Part shown: positions 61,475-64,000 of the stretch, piece after piece
Layout: every line of letters begins with the position of its first letter
How positions within the stretch are numbered: the stretch's first letter is position 1
Assembly (NCBI GenBank): GCA_030390025.1
Contig: CM059436.1
Location: 71,920,001 to 71,984,000 of the forward strand
Length of the DNA: 64,000 nt
Source: Squalus acanthias
Lineage: Eukaryota
Direction of reading: 5' to 3'
Notes under the pieces: generated by a model
Databases searched by the model: none
Seen by the model: the letters and a program-made list of their open reading frames with translations, nothing else
Told to the model about the DNA's origin: nothing
Position numbers and translations under genes: made by a program

Positions 61475-63545
61475 AAAGATGTTTAAAATCATGAATGGTT
61501 TAGATAGAGTAAATAAAGAGAAACTGTTTCCAATGACTGAAGGGTCGATAACGAGAGGGCATAGATTTAGGTGATTGGCAAAAGAACCAGAGGCGACATG
61601 AGGAAAAACATTTTTTACGCAGCGAGTGGTTAGGGTTTGGATTTCACTGCCTTATAGGGTGGTGGACAGAGATTCAATAATAACCTTCAGAAGGGAATTG
61701 GATAAATACTGGAAGGAGAAGAAATTGCAGGGATATGGAGAAAGAGCCAGGGAGTGGGACTAAGAACATAAGAAATAGGAGCAGGAGTAGGCCATTCGGC
61801 CCCTCGAACCTGCCCTGCCACTCAATAAGATCATGGCTGATCTTCTGCCTCAACTCCACTTTCCTGCACTATCCCCATATCCCTTGATTCCCTTAATATC
61901 TAAAAATCTATCGATCTCTGTCTTGAATATACTCAATGACAGAGCCTCCACAGCCCTCTGCGGTAGAGAATTCCAAAGATTCACCACCCTCTGAGTGAAG
62001 AAATTTCTCCTCATCTCAGTCCTAAATGGCCGACCCCTTATTCTGAGACTGTGACCCCTGGTTCTAGACTCCCCAGCCAGGGGAAACATCCTCCCTGCAT
62101 CTACCCTGTCAAGCTCTGTAAGAATTTTGTATGTTTCAATGAGATCACCTCTCATTCTTCTAAACTCGAGAGAATATAGGCCTAGTCTACTCGATCTCTC
62201 CTCATAGGACAATCCCCCATCCCAGGAATCAGTCTGGTGAACCTTCGTTGCACTCCCTCTATGGCAAGTATATCTTTCCTTAGGTAAGGAGACCAAAACT
62301 GTACACAATACTCCAGGTGTGGTCTCACCAGGGCCCTATATAATTGCAGTAATACGTCTTTACTCTTATACTCAAATCCTCTTGTAATAAAGGCAAACAT
62401 ACCATTTGCTTTCCTAATTGCTTGCTGTACCTACATCTTAACTTTCAGTGATTCATGTACAAGGACACCCAGGTCCTTCTGAATGCCAACATTTCCCAAT
62501 CTCTCACCATTTAACAAATACTCTGCTTTTCTATTTTTCCTACCAAAGTGGATAACTTCACATTTCTCCACATTATATTCTATTTGCCACGTTCTTGCCC
62601 ACTCACTTAGCCTGTCTATATCTCCATGTTCTTGCCCACTCACATAGCCTGTCTATAGCCTCTTTGCATCCTCCTCACAACTTACATTCCCACCCAGCTT
62701 TGTATCATCAGCAAACTTGGATATATTACATTTGGTCGCCTCATCCAAATCATTGATGTAGATTGTGAATAGCTGAGGCCCAAGCACTGATCCTTGCGGT
62801 ACCCCACTAGTTACAGCCTGCCAACCCGAAAATGACCCGTTTATTCCTACTCTCTGTTTTCTGTCCGCTAACCAATGCTCATTCCATGCTAGTATATTAC
62901 CCCCAATCCCATGAGCCCTAATTTTGTTTAATAACCTCTTATGTGGTATCTTATCGAATGCCTTCTGAAAATCCAAATACACCACATCCACTGGTTCCCC
63001 CTTATCTATTCTGCTAGTTACAAACTCAACAAATTCGTCAAACATGATTTCCTTTCATAAATCCGTGTTGACTCTGCCCAATCTATTATTATTTTCTAAT
63101 TGCCCTGTTACCATGTTCTTAATAATAGATTCTAGCATTTTCCCTACTACTGATGTCAGGCTAACTGATCTGTAGTTCCCCATTTTCTCTCTCCCTCCTT
63201 TCTTAAATAGTGGGGTTACATTTGTTACCTTCCAATCCGCGGAAACCGTTCTAGAATCTATGGAATTTTGGAAGATGACAACTAATACATCCACTATCTC
63301 TATAGCCACCTCTTTTAAAACCCTAGGATGTAGGCCATCAGGTCCAGGGGATTTATCGGCTTTCAGTCCCATTAATTTCTCCAGTACTTTTTTTACTAAT
63401 ACTAATTTCTTTCAGTTCCTCATTCTTTTTACTAATACTAATTGCTTTCAGTTCCTCATTCTAACTAGATTACTCTTCAAAAGAGCTGGCACAGACTTAA
63501 TGGGCCGAATGGCTTCCTTCTGTGTACTAGTCTATGATTCTATGA
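61475..63545. mobile_element. Plus-strand CR1 tail interrupted by a minus-strand CR1 (about 61763-63426)
   Basis: [42 protein letters not shown] and FFTQRVVNLWNSLP on -; host tail resumes at about 63463. Confidence 0.9.
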
Positions 63546-63689
63546 TGTCACTAACATTATGGGTTAAAAGTGAATATGTGTATACTAGATTGTATGGAGC
63601 CCAGTGAAGCCTAAACTAACTGTAGATGTTTCAGATTTGTGTTAATTCTGTGAAGCCACTCTTTGATTTGGTATTGCTCGACCGATCAA

Positions 63690-64000
63690 GAAAATAATGG
63701 CACTAAAGAGTGACAAATCCCCAGGGCCAGATGGTTTCCATCCCAGGGTTTTAAAGGAAGTAGGTGAGCACATTGCAGATGCCCTAACTATAATCTTCCA
63801 AAGTTCTCTAGATTCTGGAACTGCCCCTTTAGATTGGAAAATTGTGTATGTCACTCAACTTTTAAAAAATGGTAAGAGAGGGAAATCAGGGAATTATAGA
63901 CCAGTTAGCCTAACATTGTTAATTTTAAATCGGAGATTGACAGCTTTTTGTTAACCAAAGGTATTAAAGGATATGGGCCAAAGGCAGGTAAATGGAGTTA
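63690..64000 (+). mobile_element. CR1 fragment with an internal deletion, running off the window
   Basis: LKSDKSPGPDGFHPRVLKE..NYRPVSLT joined directly to 3'-end sequence. Confidence 0.8.

Overview
Eukaryotic genomic DNA, most likely from a shark or other cartilaginous fish, judged from SacSINE1/DeuSINE-like and HE1/V-SINE-like SINEs and HER1/CR1-like LINEs recognised by eye. The window looks intronic or intergenic. I found no host protein-coding exon I can support confidently, and nearly all ORF-track entries are transposon remnants or antisense noise. Contents: many tRNA-headed SINEs; CR1, L2, RTE and Vingi LINE fragments; a second CR1-group LINE family with a tRNA-like head attached; Penelope-like 3' ends carrying minimal hammerhead ribozymes; two solo LTRs with target-site duplications (TSDs); a near-complete but decayed two-gene PIF/Harbinger transposon (56871-61216); older Harbinger gene relics; and several Harbinger-type MITEs. 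Family names come from recalled motifs, not database searches. Repeat boundaries are approximate unless a terminal inverted repeat (TIR) or TSD is quoted.
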